The notes: generated from the sequence alone by a model not told the origin. A stretch of 64,000 nucleotides of DNA from a bacterium (GCA_028712895.1 JAQTPL010000001.1:3681-67680); one strand, 5' to 3'. Positions 27,097 to 36,759 are shown, counted from the stretch's first letter. Program-made: numbers and translations.

Positions 27097-28065
27097 TTAA
27101 TTGATATAGTCTGGGTTACTGTTAAAAAACTTGTTGACTATAATAATTAAGTAATTATTAAGATGCCTGGTTTTTGAGATCGCTTTAAAGAGCTTATTCC
27201 CGCCTTTAAATGACTTGGCCCAATACCGCCAAAGCTCTTTCATCTTATCCATTAAATGGCCCGGGCCACTTAATGTTTTTTGATATGCTGTAAGGATTTC
27301 ATCATGAAAGCTGATAAATCTCTTTAGCTTTTCCTGGGCCGTATCGCTGCGTAAATTCTTGATCTGTTCCGGTAAAAATGGATTGGTGATGCCGCTGCGG
27401 CCGATCATCCATCCGGTGATATCCGGGAAACGGCTGGCTAGCCGCTTAAATGTTTCCGGAGAATCAATATCGCCATTGTAAATGACCGGGTGTTTTGATA
27501 AAGAAAGAACCTCCGCGAAAGCGTCCAGGTCTACTTCCCCTTCATACATCTGGCTGCCGATCCGCGGATGAACAATAATATCTTTCAGCGGCAGATCATT
27601 CAAAAAGGAAAGCAGCTCTATAAATTCCCGGCTATTTTCGCTACCCAGCCTCACCTTAATAGAGAGCTGGTTAGGGATCGCCGGGATGATCTTATGCAGC
27701 ATCCCCAATATCTCAGAAGGATATGGCAGCAATCCTGCTCCCCGCCGCTTGCTTCTTATGTGCTTGATCGGGCAGCCTAGATTCAAATTTACAGTCTTAT
27801 AGCCCAGATCGTACAAGGCTTTAGCCATGGAAATAAAATCACTTGGGGTATTGCTTAAGATTTGGGGTATTAAGCCAATCTTCGTATCATTGCGCTCAGG
27901 AAAAAGATCGCGTAATGCTGTGCATGTATTACTGGTGACCACACAACTCCTGATAAATGGCGCAACAGCAAAATCATATCCGGCAAACATCCGGGAATAT
28001 ACATTTCTGTAATCGCAATTTGTTATTCCCTGGAGTGGCGCCATATAGAGATTAGGTTTATTCAT
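27097..28065 (-). CDS. tRNA-dihydrouridine synthase (Dus family)
   Basis: It has a TIM-barrel and the NLNLGCP motif. The N-terminus is MAPLQGITNCDYR. Confidence 0.75.
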   Translation of the reverse strand: MNKPNLYMAPLQGITNCDYRNVYSRMFAGYDFAVAPFIRSCVVTSNTCTALRDLFPERNDTKIGLIPQILSNTPSDFISMAKALYDLGYKTVNLNLGCPIKHIRSKRRGAGLLPYPSEILGMLHKIIPAIPNQLSIKVRLGSENSREFIELLSFLNDLPLKDIIVHPRIGSQMYEGEVDLDAFAEVLSLSKHPVIYNGDIDSPETFKRLASRFPDITGWMIGRSGITNPFLPEQIKNLRSDTAQEKLKRFISFHDEILTAYQKTLSGPGHLMDKMKELWRYWAKSFKGGNKLFKAISKTRHLNNYLIIIVNKFFNSNPDYIN

Positions 28066-28112
28066 GTAAATACCGCAAACCCTCTAACTGTCCCCTTCGC
28101 AGGGAACGACTG

Positions 28113-29363
28113 TTATTTCTTATTATCATTCCACGTTTTCTGATATTCGAAATAAACTTTTCTTAGCTGTCTCAAAAATGGGCTATTTGTTCCGTCACCT
28201 TGCGAAGTTATTCCATGCCATTCCCATAGATCGCCAGCCTTTGACTTAGGATCATGTATCAGGGGGGTGCCGTTAAGCGACCATTGATCACACCAGATAA
28301 AAGCAGTGCCTCCCAACGCATTTCCCTGCCCGCCTTGCCCATAACTATTGTCGCTGATAACTTTCCAGATGTTCCGGTGGTAAGCTGCCTGGGATTCTTC
28401 ATCTTCCCTGACTTGTTTCCAGGCGCTTGCGCCATATTCTGTCACTATTACTGGTTTGTCGCACTTTTCCTTGATATTTTTGTAAATACTTTCCAACCCA
28501 AAATAACTGGTATAAGAATTTATCCCGATAATATCCAAAGCCGGGGCAAATTCTTTTATTTCCGTCAAATTTCTCTGTCCATAATTACATAAGGCCACTG
28601 GATGAGTTGGATCAAGTGAATGAATCAATTCAGCGACTTCATTGACCAGGGACAAAAATGCCGGCACATTTTTCTCCGCATTATCATGATCCAAGGGATT
28701 AAAATTCTCATTACCGATCATCCACAGTAAAGTATAGGGTTCATTTTTATGCTCATTAACCATTATTTTAATACATTCCAGCAGGTTTTCCCGTTGTTTT
28801 GGATCGCTGTAATCCGTACCTTTATCCCAGGTAGCGCCGGAACCTATAGCCCATTCCCCAAAGAAATGTCCGATTATTACTCTAATGCCAAATCGTTCAT
28901 ATAGATCCCGAAGCAGTTTTTTGTTGGGAGGATGCCCAAACGTTAATTTATCTGCCAAACCAATTACCCGTTTATTATCGGTTGGTGTTTGGTAAACCCG
29001 GATAGTATTACACCCCATTTCTTTGAGTAGCTGCCAATCGCCAATTACCTTTTCGTCCTGGTCCTGGATATTATTTTGATTAGTATCTACCCAGGAATCA
29101 TAAGCCACATCGTTTTTACCATTACCATTTAAATCGAGGATGCTCCAATCCCGCAGAGTCCCTGCATCCGGATCGTCCCCGATCACCCAGAAATTATAGC
29201 ATACCCCTTTAATAATATAGGGTTGGTCATCTACCAGCAATTGCCATTGACCATCATTGTGCTGAACTACCTTGACCGTACTGCAAAATAATTCGCCTGT
29301 TACCGCAGCCAAGAAAATTAATATTATATGTAACAATAAATTTAATTTGCAGTGCCTCTGCAT
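28113..29363 (-). CDS. secreted glycoside hydrolase (GH-A clan TIM barrel, GH5/GH2-like)
   Basis: It has a signal peptide. IGNEN is the acid/base region and VTEYGASAW is a nucleophile-like region. Confidence 0.5.
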   Translation of the reverse strand: MQRHCKLNLLLHIILIFLAAVTGELFCSTVKVVQHNDGQWQLLVDDQPYIIKGVCYNFWVIGDDPDAGTLRDWSILDLNGNGKNDVAYDSWVDTNQNNIQDQDEKVIGDWQLLKEMGCNTIRVYQTPTDNKRVIGLADKLTFGHPPNKKLLRDLYERFGIRVIIGHFFGEWAIGSGATWDKGTDYSDPKQRENLLECIKIMVNEHKNEPYTLLWMIGNENFNPLDHDNAEKNVPAFLSLVNEVAELIHSLDPTHPVALCNYGQRNLTEIKEFAPALDIIGINSYTSYFGLESIYKNIKEKCDKPVIVTEYGASAWKQVREDEESQAAYHRNIWKVISDNSYGQGGQGNALGGTAFIWCDQWSLNGTPLIHDPKSKAGDLWEWHGITSQGDGTNSPFLRQLRKVYFEYQKTWNDNKK

Positions 29364-29438
29364 AAGTTTCCTTTCTTTGAGGTGAATCTGGATGTCTACT
29401 CGCAGGGGAACGGTTGATTATGAGAGGTCAACCTGGCT

Positions 29439-29813
29439 TTAAATAATAAAGCCGAAATAGCCGAATAAGAGGCCAAGGGCGAGCATCAGGATACCCAAGA
29501 TCCGGGTGTTTTTGTACCAACTCTTAAAAAGAGAGATATACTGTGGAAAGACGATGAGCATGATCCCTTTAAAGAGAGCAATCCAGCCGATGATAGTGAT
29601 CAGCATGGTCCAGCCGCATGTCCAGATATTATGATAGTGCACCAGCAGCATGCCCAGGACCAGGGTCATGAATCCGGAGACATAAGTAAGCCCTTGTGAC
29701 ATTTCAAAGTCAGCGACTATTTTGTCGAAGGATATCTTACCGGTAAGCGCAGCAATGCCAGCAGATAGGTAAACCAGCGCCAGTATCTTTGCTACCAAAA
29801 CTGAAAGTTCCAT
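29439..29813 (-). CDS. hypothetical membrane protein (124 aa, 4 TM)
   Basis: It is a hydrophobic ORF. Confidence 0.4.
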   Translation of the reverse strand: MELSVLVAKILALVYLSAGIAALTGKISFDKIVADFEMSQGLTYVSGFMTLVLGMLLVHYHNIWTCGWTMLITIIGWIALFKGIMLIVFPQYISLFKSWYKNTRILGILMLALGLLFGYFGFII

Positions 29814-29936
29814 TGTTCTGCCTCCTTTTTAGTATTAACCTGCATTTAGGGTAGAATAAAGTCAATTAAAAGTATCCTTACCCAATTATATATATTTCCC
29901 TGACCTATTATAATTCAAATATCCAGGAGGTGATTT

Positions 29937-30395
29937 ATGGAAAAAATAAACAAATATTTTACTGTTAGCTTTATCATCTGTGCTTGCTTCATGATAGCTG
30001 CTTATGGCTGGAGCCAGGATATCAAACCTTTACCGCAGTTAACGCCGGTACCTCAGCTGCCGTCGGCGACTACTTTTTTGCCGGTGAATCCATTGGACAA
30101 GGTCATTGATGATGTAGTAATTAGTACTGCCCCTGTGCAGTCTGCCCCGCCAGAACAGCAGCCAGGACAGACGATACAGGATAGACTCAATAAAAGCCAG
30201 CAAAAACGGCAAGATTTACTGGATAAGTCAAATGCCCCCCATCAGAAAATACTGGATAGGATCAACGAGAGCCAGCAAAAGCGGCAAGATATGCTGGATC
30301 GATCAAATGAGCCTCACCAGAAGATACAAGATAAAATAGACAAAAACCTGAAAGAGCAGCAAGACAAGCTGGATCAGTCACATAGTATCAATTAG
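29937..30395 (+). CDS. secreted Gln/Lys-rich repeat protein (hypothetical)
   Basis: It has a signal peptide. The unit SQQKRQD(L/M)LD(K/R)SN.PHQKI is repeated three times. Confidence 0.45.
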   Translation: MEKINKYFTVSFIICACFMIAAYGWSQDIKPLPQLTPVPQLPSATTFLPVNPLDKVIDDVVISTAPVQSAPPEQQPGQTIQDRLNKSQQKRQDLLDKSNAPHQKILDRINESQQKRQDMLDRSNEPHQKIQDKIDKNLKEQQDKLDQSHSIN

Positions 30396-30847
30396 AATCT
30401 TTTTTTACCGCGAAAAGGCGCGGCAGATCTTTTGCCGAAGCCGCGGCTGTCGCCGCCAAACTGGGGCCGCCCGTGGCGTTCACGGTTAAAACCGCCGGTT
30501 CTTGGCCGGCTATCCCGCCTACCCTCAAATGAACCACCCTCGCGCTTGGAGAAGCAATTCCGGCAATATACCGGGCGGTCTCCTGTAGGCTTAAATGGCA
30601 CTTCACAGGATTGTCCGCATTCGGCACATACTGCCTTGAAACCTCTTGGACTGAAGCTGCTATCCCTATCGCCTCGATCATGGCTAAAAGGGCGTTCCTG
30701 GTGCCTTTCCTGAGGTTTACTGGACAAGGCATCGATCTTTTTTTCCAAGAAAACCAACCGGGTTTTTATTTCCTGGAGCAAAGTTACAACATCTGTCTCT
30801 TCTTGCGGCATTTCTACTGGATCTTTGCGCTTGAATATCTTTTTCAT
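30392..30847 (-). CDS. CxxC-x17-CxxC zinc-ribbon protein with Arg/Gly-rich tail
   Basis: CAECGQSCEVPFKPTGDRPVYCRNCF is followed by RG/FG repeats. Confidence 0.45.
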   Translation of the reverse strand: MKKIFKRKDPVEMPQEETDVVTLLQEIKTRLVFLEKKIDALSSKPQERHQERPFSHDRGDRDSSFSPRGFKAVCAECGQSCEVPFKPTGDRPVYCRNCFSKREGGSFEGRRDSRPRTGGFNRERHGRPQFGGDSRGFGKRSAAPFRGKKRF

Positions 30848-30857
30848 AATACTCCTT

Positions 30858-31052
30858 CTATTTTGGTTCTTGTTTCTTGATCGTTGATATTTTTATCGGT
30901 ACATACAATGGGCACCAAGAGATCAACGCTGTAATGATCGGTATCAGGCCGAGAGCACCCCACCAGCTATCATAAAACAGGCCAGCAAAAATGATTGCCA
31001 CGCCGATGACCCATCTGACTACCTTATCCGCGCAACCGATATTCTTAACCAT
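30858..31052 (-). CDS. DUF2892 family small membrane protein (YgaP-like)
   Basis: MVKNIGCADKVVRWVIGVAII matches the DUF2892 N-terminal pattern. Confidence 0.55.
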   Translation of the reverse strand: MVKNIGCADKVVRWVIGVAIIFAGLFYDSWWGALGLIPIITALISWCPLYVPIKISTIKKQEPK

Positions 31053-31070
31053 AAAACTCTCCTTTCTTAT

Positions 31071-31280
31071 CTATTTCTTGCCGAGGGGCTTGCCGCATTT
31101 GGGACATTTTAGCGACGAGACACGGAAGCCCGGCTTTAATGGCACTTCTGTCTGGCAAGCAGAGCAGATCCCGGCGATCTTGGCTGTTTTGGTATTGACA
31201 TTGCCTTCATCAGTGACTTTGGGAGCGCCTTGCTCATACATTTTGACTGCTTTTACAGGATTCTGTCCATTTCTCTGCAT
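31071..31280 (-). CDS. small zinc-ribbon protein
   Basis: It has CSACQ...CPKCG. Confidence 0.4.
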   Translation of the reverse strand: MQRNGQNPVKAVKMYEQGAPKVTDEGNVNTKTAKIAGICSACQTEVPLKPGFRVSSLKCPKCGKPLGKK

Positions 31281-31309
31281 TTCTCGTATTACCTCCTAGT
31301 GAAAGTTAT

Positions 31310-31798
31310 TTATGCTTTAGATAGTTCTTCCAATGCTTCCTGGACACTTTCTTTGTGCTTGCGGCTTTCGTATCGGGACAGGATCTTGTAGGCGCAAGGC
31401 ACCACAAACAAGGTCATCAGGGTTGATAATGTCATGCCCCCGATCACCACAATGGCCATGGGGATGCGTGATTCTGAACCAGGACCAATGGCCAGTGCTG
31501 CCGGTATAGCCGCGACGATAGTCGTAATAGCGGTCATCATAATGGGCCGCAGGCGCAGAGGGCACGCATATAACAAGGCCTCGACGACTCCCAGGCCCTT
31601 TTCCCGCTGCTGGGACTGGAACAGCTGTTCCTGCTGTATTTTCAGGTCGCTGTTCTTAGCTGCAGCCAATGATATGCACTGCTCCAGGGTAAGTGGCGCA
31701 GGGTCAGCTGCAAAGGCTGAAGGCAGGATGAATAAGAGACAGAAGCCCAGGTATATGACCAATCTGTGATAAAATATCATATCGTAATTAGGCTCCAT
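31310..31798 (-). pseudogene. in-frame relic fusing an outer-membrane-factor (TolC-like) N-terminus to an RND permease C-terminus
   Basis: Residues 1-60 are a signal peptide plus LTLEQCISLAAAKNSDLKIQQEQL, the start of an OMF. Residues ~75-162 are PLRLRPIMMTAITTIVAAIPAALAIGPGSESRIPMAIVVIGGMTLSTLMTLFVVP, the last TM helices of AcrB-type RND pumps. Confidence 0.55.
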
Positions 31799-32022
31799 TA
31801 TTGGTTAGTGTTGTCGTATTGGCGCTCAGAGGCGTTTATCTTTTTATTGAGATTGTCCACTTTCTCCTGGGCTCTTTGCACTACACCTTGTGAGACTGCA
31901 GTTTCCCCGTTTTTCTGGACCGTGTCTTTTAATACAACTTTCATATAGACATAAACCATCAGCATGATGATGATCACTGCCACTAGCATTTCTACCAGTC
32001 CCACTCCTTTATTTCGGCTCAT
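31798..32022 (-). CDS. small protein with prepilin-like N-terminus (hypothetical)
   Basis: KGVGLVEMLVAVIIIML resembles the G-F-T-L-I-E class III signal. Confidence 0.3.
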   Translation of the reverse strand: MSRNKGVGLVEMLVAVIIIMLMVYVYMKVVLKDTVQKNGETAVSQGVVQRAQEKVDNLNKKINASERQYDNTNQ

Positions 32023-32034
32023 AATTTCCTCGGC

Positions 32035-32586
32035 TTAGTAATTTGAGCGGTTCTTGTTTCGTTTGATAACAGCCATAACATATACTACGGTGACGACTAT
32101 GACCAGAAGGCCAAAGATAATTGCTAATAATGGTATTGATGATCTAGCTGGTGCGGATACTGGTACTGTTTCCGTGCTTGCCGTCACATTTACGGGTGTC
32201 GTTGTATCTGCAGTTACCACTGGTTCAGCTACCGTCGCTACAGCTTTTTTAGGGGTAACCTTTTTCTTAACCGGGGCGACAGTCTTTTGCACCTTTTTCG
32301 GCGTAGTTTTAGAGGTGACAGCAGTGGTTTTAGCGGGTGATTTTTTGGCCGCCGCCGGGGCTGACAGTTTGCGACCGTTGATAGTATCGATCTCCGCTGG
32401 AGTAAAGGTTATAACCCCGTAACTGGTGACGACTTTGATCTCATTTTTAGTCCGTTCGGCTATAGTGCCATTAAGTACGCGCCCGTTTTTCAGCTTAATA
32501 GTCGCAGCCAGGGCTGAAACAGTGATGATCAGTAATAGTGCTGTACCGACAAGCACAGCTAATTTATTTTTCTTTGCGTTTATCAT
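32035..32586 (-). CDS. Thr/Pro/Lys-rich secreted protein with C-terminal TM anchor (hypothetical)
   Basis: It has a signal peptide, a low-complexity TPKK region and a C-terminal hydrophobic helix. Confidence 0.4.
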   Translation of the reverse strand: MINAKKNKLAVLVGTALLLIITVSALAATIKLKNGRVLNGTIAERTKNEIKVVTSYGVITFTPAEIDTINGRKLSAPAAAKKSPAKTTAVTSKTTPKKVQKTVAPVKKKVTPKKAVATVAEPVVTADTTTPVNVTASTETVPVSAPARSSIPLLAIIFGLLVIVVTVVYVMAVIKRNKNRSNY

Positions 32587-32672
32587 TAAAATATCTCCTT
32601 ACCTCTTTTGCCGGGCTTTTCAGGGGCACAATACTTATGATTAGAGTATTGTGCCCCTGCAGTAGCGCTATC

Positions 32673-33308
32673 TTATTTCTTTATTTTTGATTCATCGATG
32701 CTGATCTGGAGCTCAACCCGACGGTTCATCGCGCGGCCTTCTGCCGTATCATTGGAAGCGACAAAATTGGTTGCGCCCATGCCTACCGGCTCGATCGAGG
32801 CTGCTGGTACGCCGCGCGCGATCATGGCTAAACGCACAGCTTGCGCTCTCTGCATAGACAAGCGCTGGTTGAGGTCGCTGCCGCCAACACTGTCAGTATA
32901 ACCGACGACGATTATTTTGTCTTCGGGATACTTTTTGATAATGTCGGAGATCTGGTTCACGCTGTCTACAGCTGCCGGTTTCAGGTCAGCTTTGCCGGAA
33001 TCAAATAAAAGATTGCTCTTCAAAGTTGTGATGATACCGTTTTCAGTCCGTTTGGTTTCAGCGAGTACTTCAAGTTCCTTGGCTTGTTTGTCCAGGTAAT
33101 TGCCAACGCCGCCGCCCAAGAGCGCGCCAGCTGCCGCGCCGATAAGGGCGCCCTGGCCGGTTTTGCCGGATTGGTGGCCGATCACAGCTCCCGCGATGCC
33201 GCCTATGGCGGCGCCGGTGCCTGCCCCGATAGCGGTACGTTTGCCGGGTGTGGTGCAACCTGCGGCAACTAAGGCCAGCAAAAGAAATACTACTAATAGG
33301 TTCTTCAT
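32673..33308 (-). CDS. OmpA-family lipoprotein with glycine-zipper N-domain
   Basis: The lipobox is VAAGC. OmpA-C is FDSGKADLKPAAVDSVNQISDIIKKYPEDKIIVVGYTDSVGGSDLNQRLSMQRA. Confidence 0.8.
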   Translation of the reverse strand: MKNLLVVFLLLALVAAGCTTPGKRTAIGAGTGAAIGGIAGAVIGHQSGKTGQGALIGAAAGALLGGGVGNYLDKQAKELEVLAETKRTENGIITTLKSNLLFDSGKADLKPAAVDSVNQISDIIKKYPEDKIIVVGYTDSVGGSDLNQRLSMQRAQAVRLAMIARGVPAASIEPVGMGATNFVASNDTAEGRAMNRRVELQISIDESKIKK

Positions 33309-33391
33309 GTTTATTCTCCTTTTATTTTTTATTAGGTCATACGCAACTTGCTGTTATCGCCCCCCTTCACAGTTTATTTTGTGCTTATAAG

Positions 33392-33730
33392 CTATTGTTT
33401 GCTGTGACGGTATTTGATCACTTTGACTTTCTCCAGGGTGATCAGCCCTTCGGTGACTGTTTCATCAAGAAAAGGCATCAGCAGGTCTATTTTTTCCTGC
33501 ACATCCACCAACTCTATCACTATCGGCAGGTCATTGGATAATTGCAATATTTTGGAAGTATGCATACGGCTGTCAGCGCCGAAGCCCATGATCCCGCGCA
33601 TGACTGTCGCGCCAGCCATATTGAGTTCCCTGGCTTTAAGCACTATTTGTTCATAGAGAGGCTTACCCTGGTATTTATCAGTCTCGCCTACAAAGATCCT
33701 TAGCAGCATACCTTCTTCAGGTAGTTTCAT
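33392..33730 (-). CDS. DUF190 (PII-like) protein, CrcB-associated
   Basis: LLRIFVGETDKYQGKPLYEQIV...GATVMRGIMGFG...LPIVIELVD matches the DUF190 consensus. Confidence 0.75.
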   Translation of the reverse strand: MKLPEEGMLLRIFVGETDKYQGKPLYEQIVLKARELNMAGATVMRGIMGFGADSRMHTSKILQLSNDLPIVIELVDVQEKIDLLMPFLDETVTEGLITLEKVKVIKYRHSKQ

Positions 33731-33739
33731 GGAATTCTC

Positions 33740-34126
33740 CTATTTCAGCATGAATGACAATAATTCTTTGGATAAAATAACGCCAGCTACGACCAAAACC
33801 AAACCCAGGACATTGGTAGTGATGATATTGATAAAGGCATATCCGGTTTCGCCGGCGCGGAAAAGATTGATAGTTTCCAGGGCATAGCTGGAAAAAGTAG
33901 TAAATCCTCCCAGGATACCCACTAAAACAAAGACCCGCAGGTCAGGAGCTATGGAAACGCGCTCAGAGAGCTCCCATAAAATACCGATCAGGCAAGAGCC
34001 GATAAGATTTACCCACAACGTGCCCCAGGGAAATACCCCGGCAGTTTGTTTGTGGGTCCAGTCGGTCATCAGATACCGTAATCCTGAACCTATGCCGCCT
34101 CCGATGATGGCATATAGTAATGGCAT
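33740..34126 (-). CDS. crcB: fluoride ion channel CrcB/FluC
   Basis: It is a 128-aa 4-TM protein with GGGIGSGLRY and GFTTFSS motifs. Confidence 0.85.
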   Translation of the reverse strand: MPLLYAIIGGGIGSGLRYLMTDWTHKQTAGVFPWGTLWVNLIGSCLIGILWELSERVSIAPDLRVFVLVGILGGFTTFSSYALETINLFRAGETGYAFINIITTNVLGLVLVVAGVILSKELLSFMLK

Positions 34127-34139
34127 TCACATTCTCCTA

Positions 34140-34439
34140 TTATCTCAGATGCTGCAGCAATTCGCTGGTTTTCTTGATATTAAACCCTTCTTCACTTTTG
34201 ACCATCATGTAGAAACTGCACTCGAAGCAATTGTTATTAAGGAGCGCGAACGAACCTTGGGTTTTGCCATAACACAATGTCCCGGCTACCGCCCAACAGG
34301 CCCGGCCGGCATTTTTGCCGCCGTGCACGCCGTTCAACCTGGTTTCCGTAAAAGCCGAGCACACCCCTTTTTCATCCTCTTTGCAGCCGCCGTACTCCCG
34401 GCCGCATTGCATAAATTCCCAGCAATTAAGTTTGGCCAT
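34140..34439 (-). CDS. small cysteine-rich protein, paralog 2 (unknown family)
   Basis: The 99-aa protein has 8 Cys in NCWEFMQCGRE...GVC...GVHGGKNAGRACWAVAGTLC...NCFEC. It lies 13 nt upstream of crcB. Confidence 0.55.
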   Translation of the reverse strand: MAKLNCWEFMQCGREYGGCKEDEKGVCSAFTETRLNGVHGGKNAGRACWAVAGTLCYGKTQGSFALLNNNCFECSFYMMVKSEEGFNIKKTSELLQHLR

Positions 34440-34487
34440 ATTCGATCATCTTCCTCTGTTTAAAATGAGGGATGTTACTAAATAGAA

Positions 34488-35891
34488 TCAGTCTTTTGGT
34501 TCAGTGCCGCTCCAGCAGTAAAGGCAAAGTTGCTTGCGGGGCAAGCCAATGGCTTTGACCATATTTTCGATGGTCTGGTACCGCAGGGTGGTCACTTCTA
34601 TATCTCTGGCGATCCATTCCACCATCTTCTTGTATTTCCTGGAGTTAGGATCCAAATATTCGGAAACATCTTCTATATCCCTGCCTTCCAGCGCTTTGAT
34701 CGCGCGTCTGGCTACCAGCTCATTGATGTTGCGGGTAGAAAGGCAGAATTTGCACGGGAACATGAGCGGCGGACAGGCTGGCCGCACGTGCACTTCCTTG
34801 GCGCCGCAATCCCACAGCTTGTTGACCGTAAAATTCTTCAACTGGGTGCCGCGGACGATCGAATCTTCGCAGACCACGATACGGTTGCCTTTGATGATCT
34901 CTTTGATCGGCACTAATTTCATCTTGGCGATAAGGTCCCGGGTTTCCTGGGATGGCGGCGTATAGCTCCGGCCATAGCCGGGTGTGTATTTCACCAGCGG
35001 CCGGCGGAATGGCTTACCTGATTCCATGGCATAACCCAAAGCATGGGCTAACCCTGAATCAGGGACGCCGGTGACCACATCCACTCCTATATCTTTGTCT
35101 TTCCTGGCCAACGCCCGGCCGCAGCGTTCTCGGACCACTTCCACGTTGATATTCTCATAGTCAGACGCGGGAAATCCGGTATAGATCCAGAGGAAAGAGC
35201 AAATCTGGTTGGTCCTACCGCCCTTTTTTTTGGCGACCAGCCCTTTGTCGGTAATGAGCGTGATCTCTCCTGGCTGTAGGAATTTGACAGTTTCAAATCC
35301 CAGGTTCGGGAACGCGTGATTCTCGGCAGTGACGGCCCAGGTGTCGTTATTCTTGCCGATCACCAGCGGCGTGTACCCACGGCGGTCGCGGGCCGCGTAA
35401 ATGCCGTCTTTGTTGAGCAGAAGCAAGGAACATGATCCTTCGATCAGGCTAAACATCTTTTCAATACCGTCAACAATATCCTTGCCGGTGATGATCAGTT
35501 TGGCGATCAGCTCGGTCACATTCACGCCGTCTTTCCCTGCTTCGCTGAAAGAATAGCCTTTGTCAAACAGTATTTTAGTCAGCTTTTCCTTGTTTTCAAT
35601 GAGTCCTGAAGTTACCAGGCAGAACGGGCCGAACCGGGAGTTGATGTACATAGGCTGTTCGTTTGAGTCGCTGATCACGCCTATGCCTTTGTTGCCTTCC
35701 ATATGGCGATAATCTTCGTAGAATTTTGATTTGAACTGGGTCTGGCTAATATTGTGTATTTGCCGGGTGAAGTTTTGTCCCAGCACGGCCATGCCGCCGA
35801 ATTCAGTACCAAGATGGGAATGGTAGTCAGTACCGTAAAACAAAGTCTGGATGCAGTTAGATTTTGAAACAACCCCGAAGATTCCACTCAT
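34488..35891 (-). CDS. amidophosphoribosyltransferase (PurF)-like protein with Ser in place of the N-terminal Cys nucleophile
   Basis: It starts MSGIFGV (codon AGT where PurF has Cys) and has the PRTase motif VVCEDSIVRGTQ. C-terminal Cys pairs CKFC and CLYC are present. Confidence 0.7.
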   Translation of the reverse strand: MSGIFGVVSKSNCIQTLFYGTDYHSHLGTEFGGMAVLGQNFTRQIHNISQTQFKSKFYEDYRHMEGNKGIGVISDSNEQPMYINSRFGPFCLVTSGLIENKEKLTKILFDKGYSFSEAGKDGVNVTELIAKLIITGKDIVDGIEKMFSLIEGSCSLLLLNKDGIYAARDRRGYTPLVIGKNNDTWAVTAENHAFPNLGFETVKFLQPGEITLITDKGLVAKKKGGRTNQICSFLWIYTGFPASDYENINVEVVRERCGRALARKDKDIGVDVVTGVPDSGLAHALGYAMESGKPFRRPLVKYTPGYGRSYTPPSQETRDLIAKMKLVPIKEIIKGNRIVVCEDSIVRGTQLKNFTVNKLWDCGAKEVHVRPACPPLMFPCKFCLSTRNINELVARRAIKALEGRDIEDVSEYLDPNSRKYKKMVEWIARDIEVTTLRYQTIENMVKAIGLPRKQLCLYCWSGTEPKD

Positions 35892-35924
35892 TTCATCATA
35901 CTCCTTTGTATGAAGATGTAGTTG

Positions 35925-36719
35925 TTAGTTCTTTTGTTGGCTTATCATATCCTGTTCTGTGATGTCAGGGTGATGGTACCTCTTCCTAACCGCTGTCTTC
36001 TTGCCGGCTTGTATCGCTTCCTGCGGGCACCATTGCAGGCAGCCCACGCATTGTTCGCAATGATGCAGCCAGACAGGTTTGCCGTCACTCATTTTGATGT
36101 TTTTAACCGGGCATACTTTTTCGCAGACGCCGCAGCTATTGCACTTCTCATCTACCCAGAAAGCTTTATCTCCTTCGGGGATCTTAAGTGAGCCGTGTTT
36201 GTAGATAAAGCTACTGAATAAGGAATTAACCAAAGCATTGTTGGCGCTGATAGGCACGCTCTTGTTGGCTTTCACTATCTCCGCGATCTCCTTGATGGCA
36301 GCGGCTTCCCTGGCAAAATGCTTTTGCTGTTCTGCCGTTGATTTAGCGCCGTACATCGGCGTATAGTTGCCAGGCATCTTGATACCGAATCCGGCTGAGA
36401 GATCGATCTTGTTGGTTGCGAGGAGATCTTTCAACATCAGCAGTGTGCCTGCCGGGAATCCTCCATAATTAGTGATCCCAAAGACATAGGTTGCCGCAGG
36501 CACTTGCAATTTGCGGGCAAAGTTGGCGACGATCAACGGCGGTCCCCATATATATACAGGAAAGACTATGCCGACCCGGTCCGCGGACGGGGTGATGCTT
36601 GGCTGGTCTATTACTTTGGCGATCGGGATGATCTCAGTGTCACCCAGCTGGGCGGCCAGGTCTTTGGCTATTTTCAGGGTATTACCGGTACCGGTAAAAT
36701 AATACAATAGAGTTTTCAT
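35925..36719 (-). CDS. flavodoxin-like domain protein with C-terminal 2x[4Fe-4S] ferredoxin motifs
   Basis: The N-terminal flavodoxin-like region is KTLLYYFTGTGNT. The two clusters are CNSCGVCEKVCP and CEQCVGCLQWCP. Confidence 0.7.
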   Translation of the reverse strand: MKTLLYYFTGTGNTLKIAKDLAAQLGDTEIIPIAKVIDQPSITPSADRVGIVFPVYIWGPPLIVANFARKLQVPAATYVFGITNYGGFPAGTLLMLKDLLATNKIDLSAGFGIKMPGNYTPMYGAKSTAEQQKHFAREAAAIKEIAEIVKANKSVPISANNALVNSLFSSFIYKHGSLKIPEGDKAFWVDEKCNSCGVCEKVCPVKNIKMSDGKPVWLHHCEQCVGCLQWCPQEAIQAGKKTAVRKRYHHPDITEQDMISQQKN

Positions 36720-36759
36720 AAAATTGTTTCCCCATTTCCTGGACTGTGAACGGCAGTTA

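Noticed and set aside
34127-34500. Fluoride riboswitch expected upstream of crcB
   Set aside because: The gaps (13 nt and 48 nt) are too short, and their sequence lacks the conserved crcB-motif elements. Regulation may lie further upstream or be absent.
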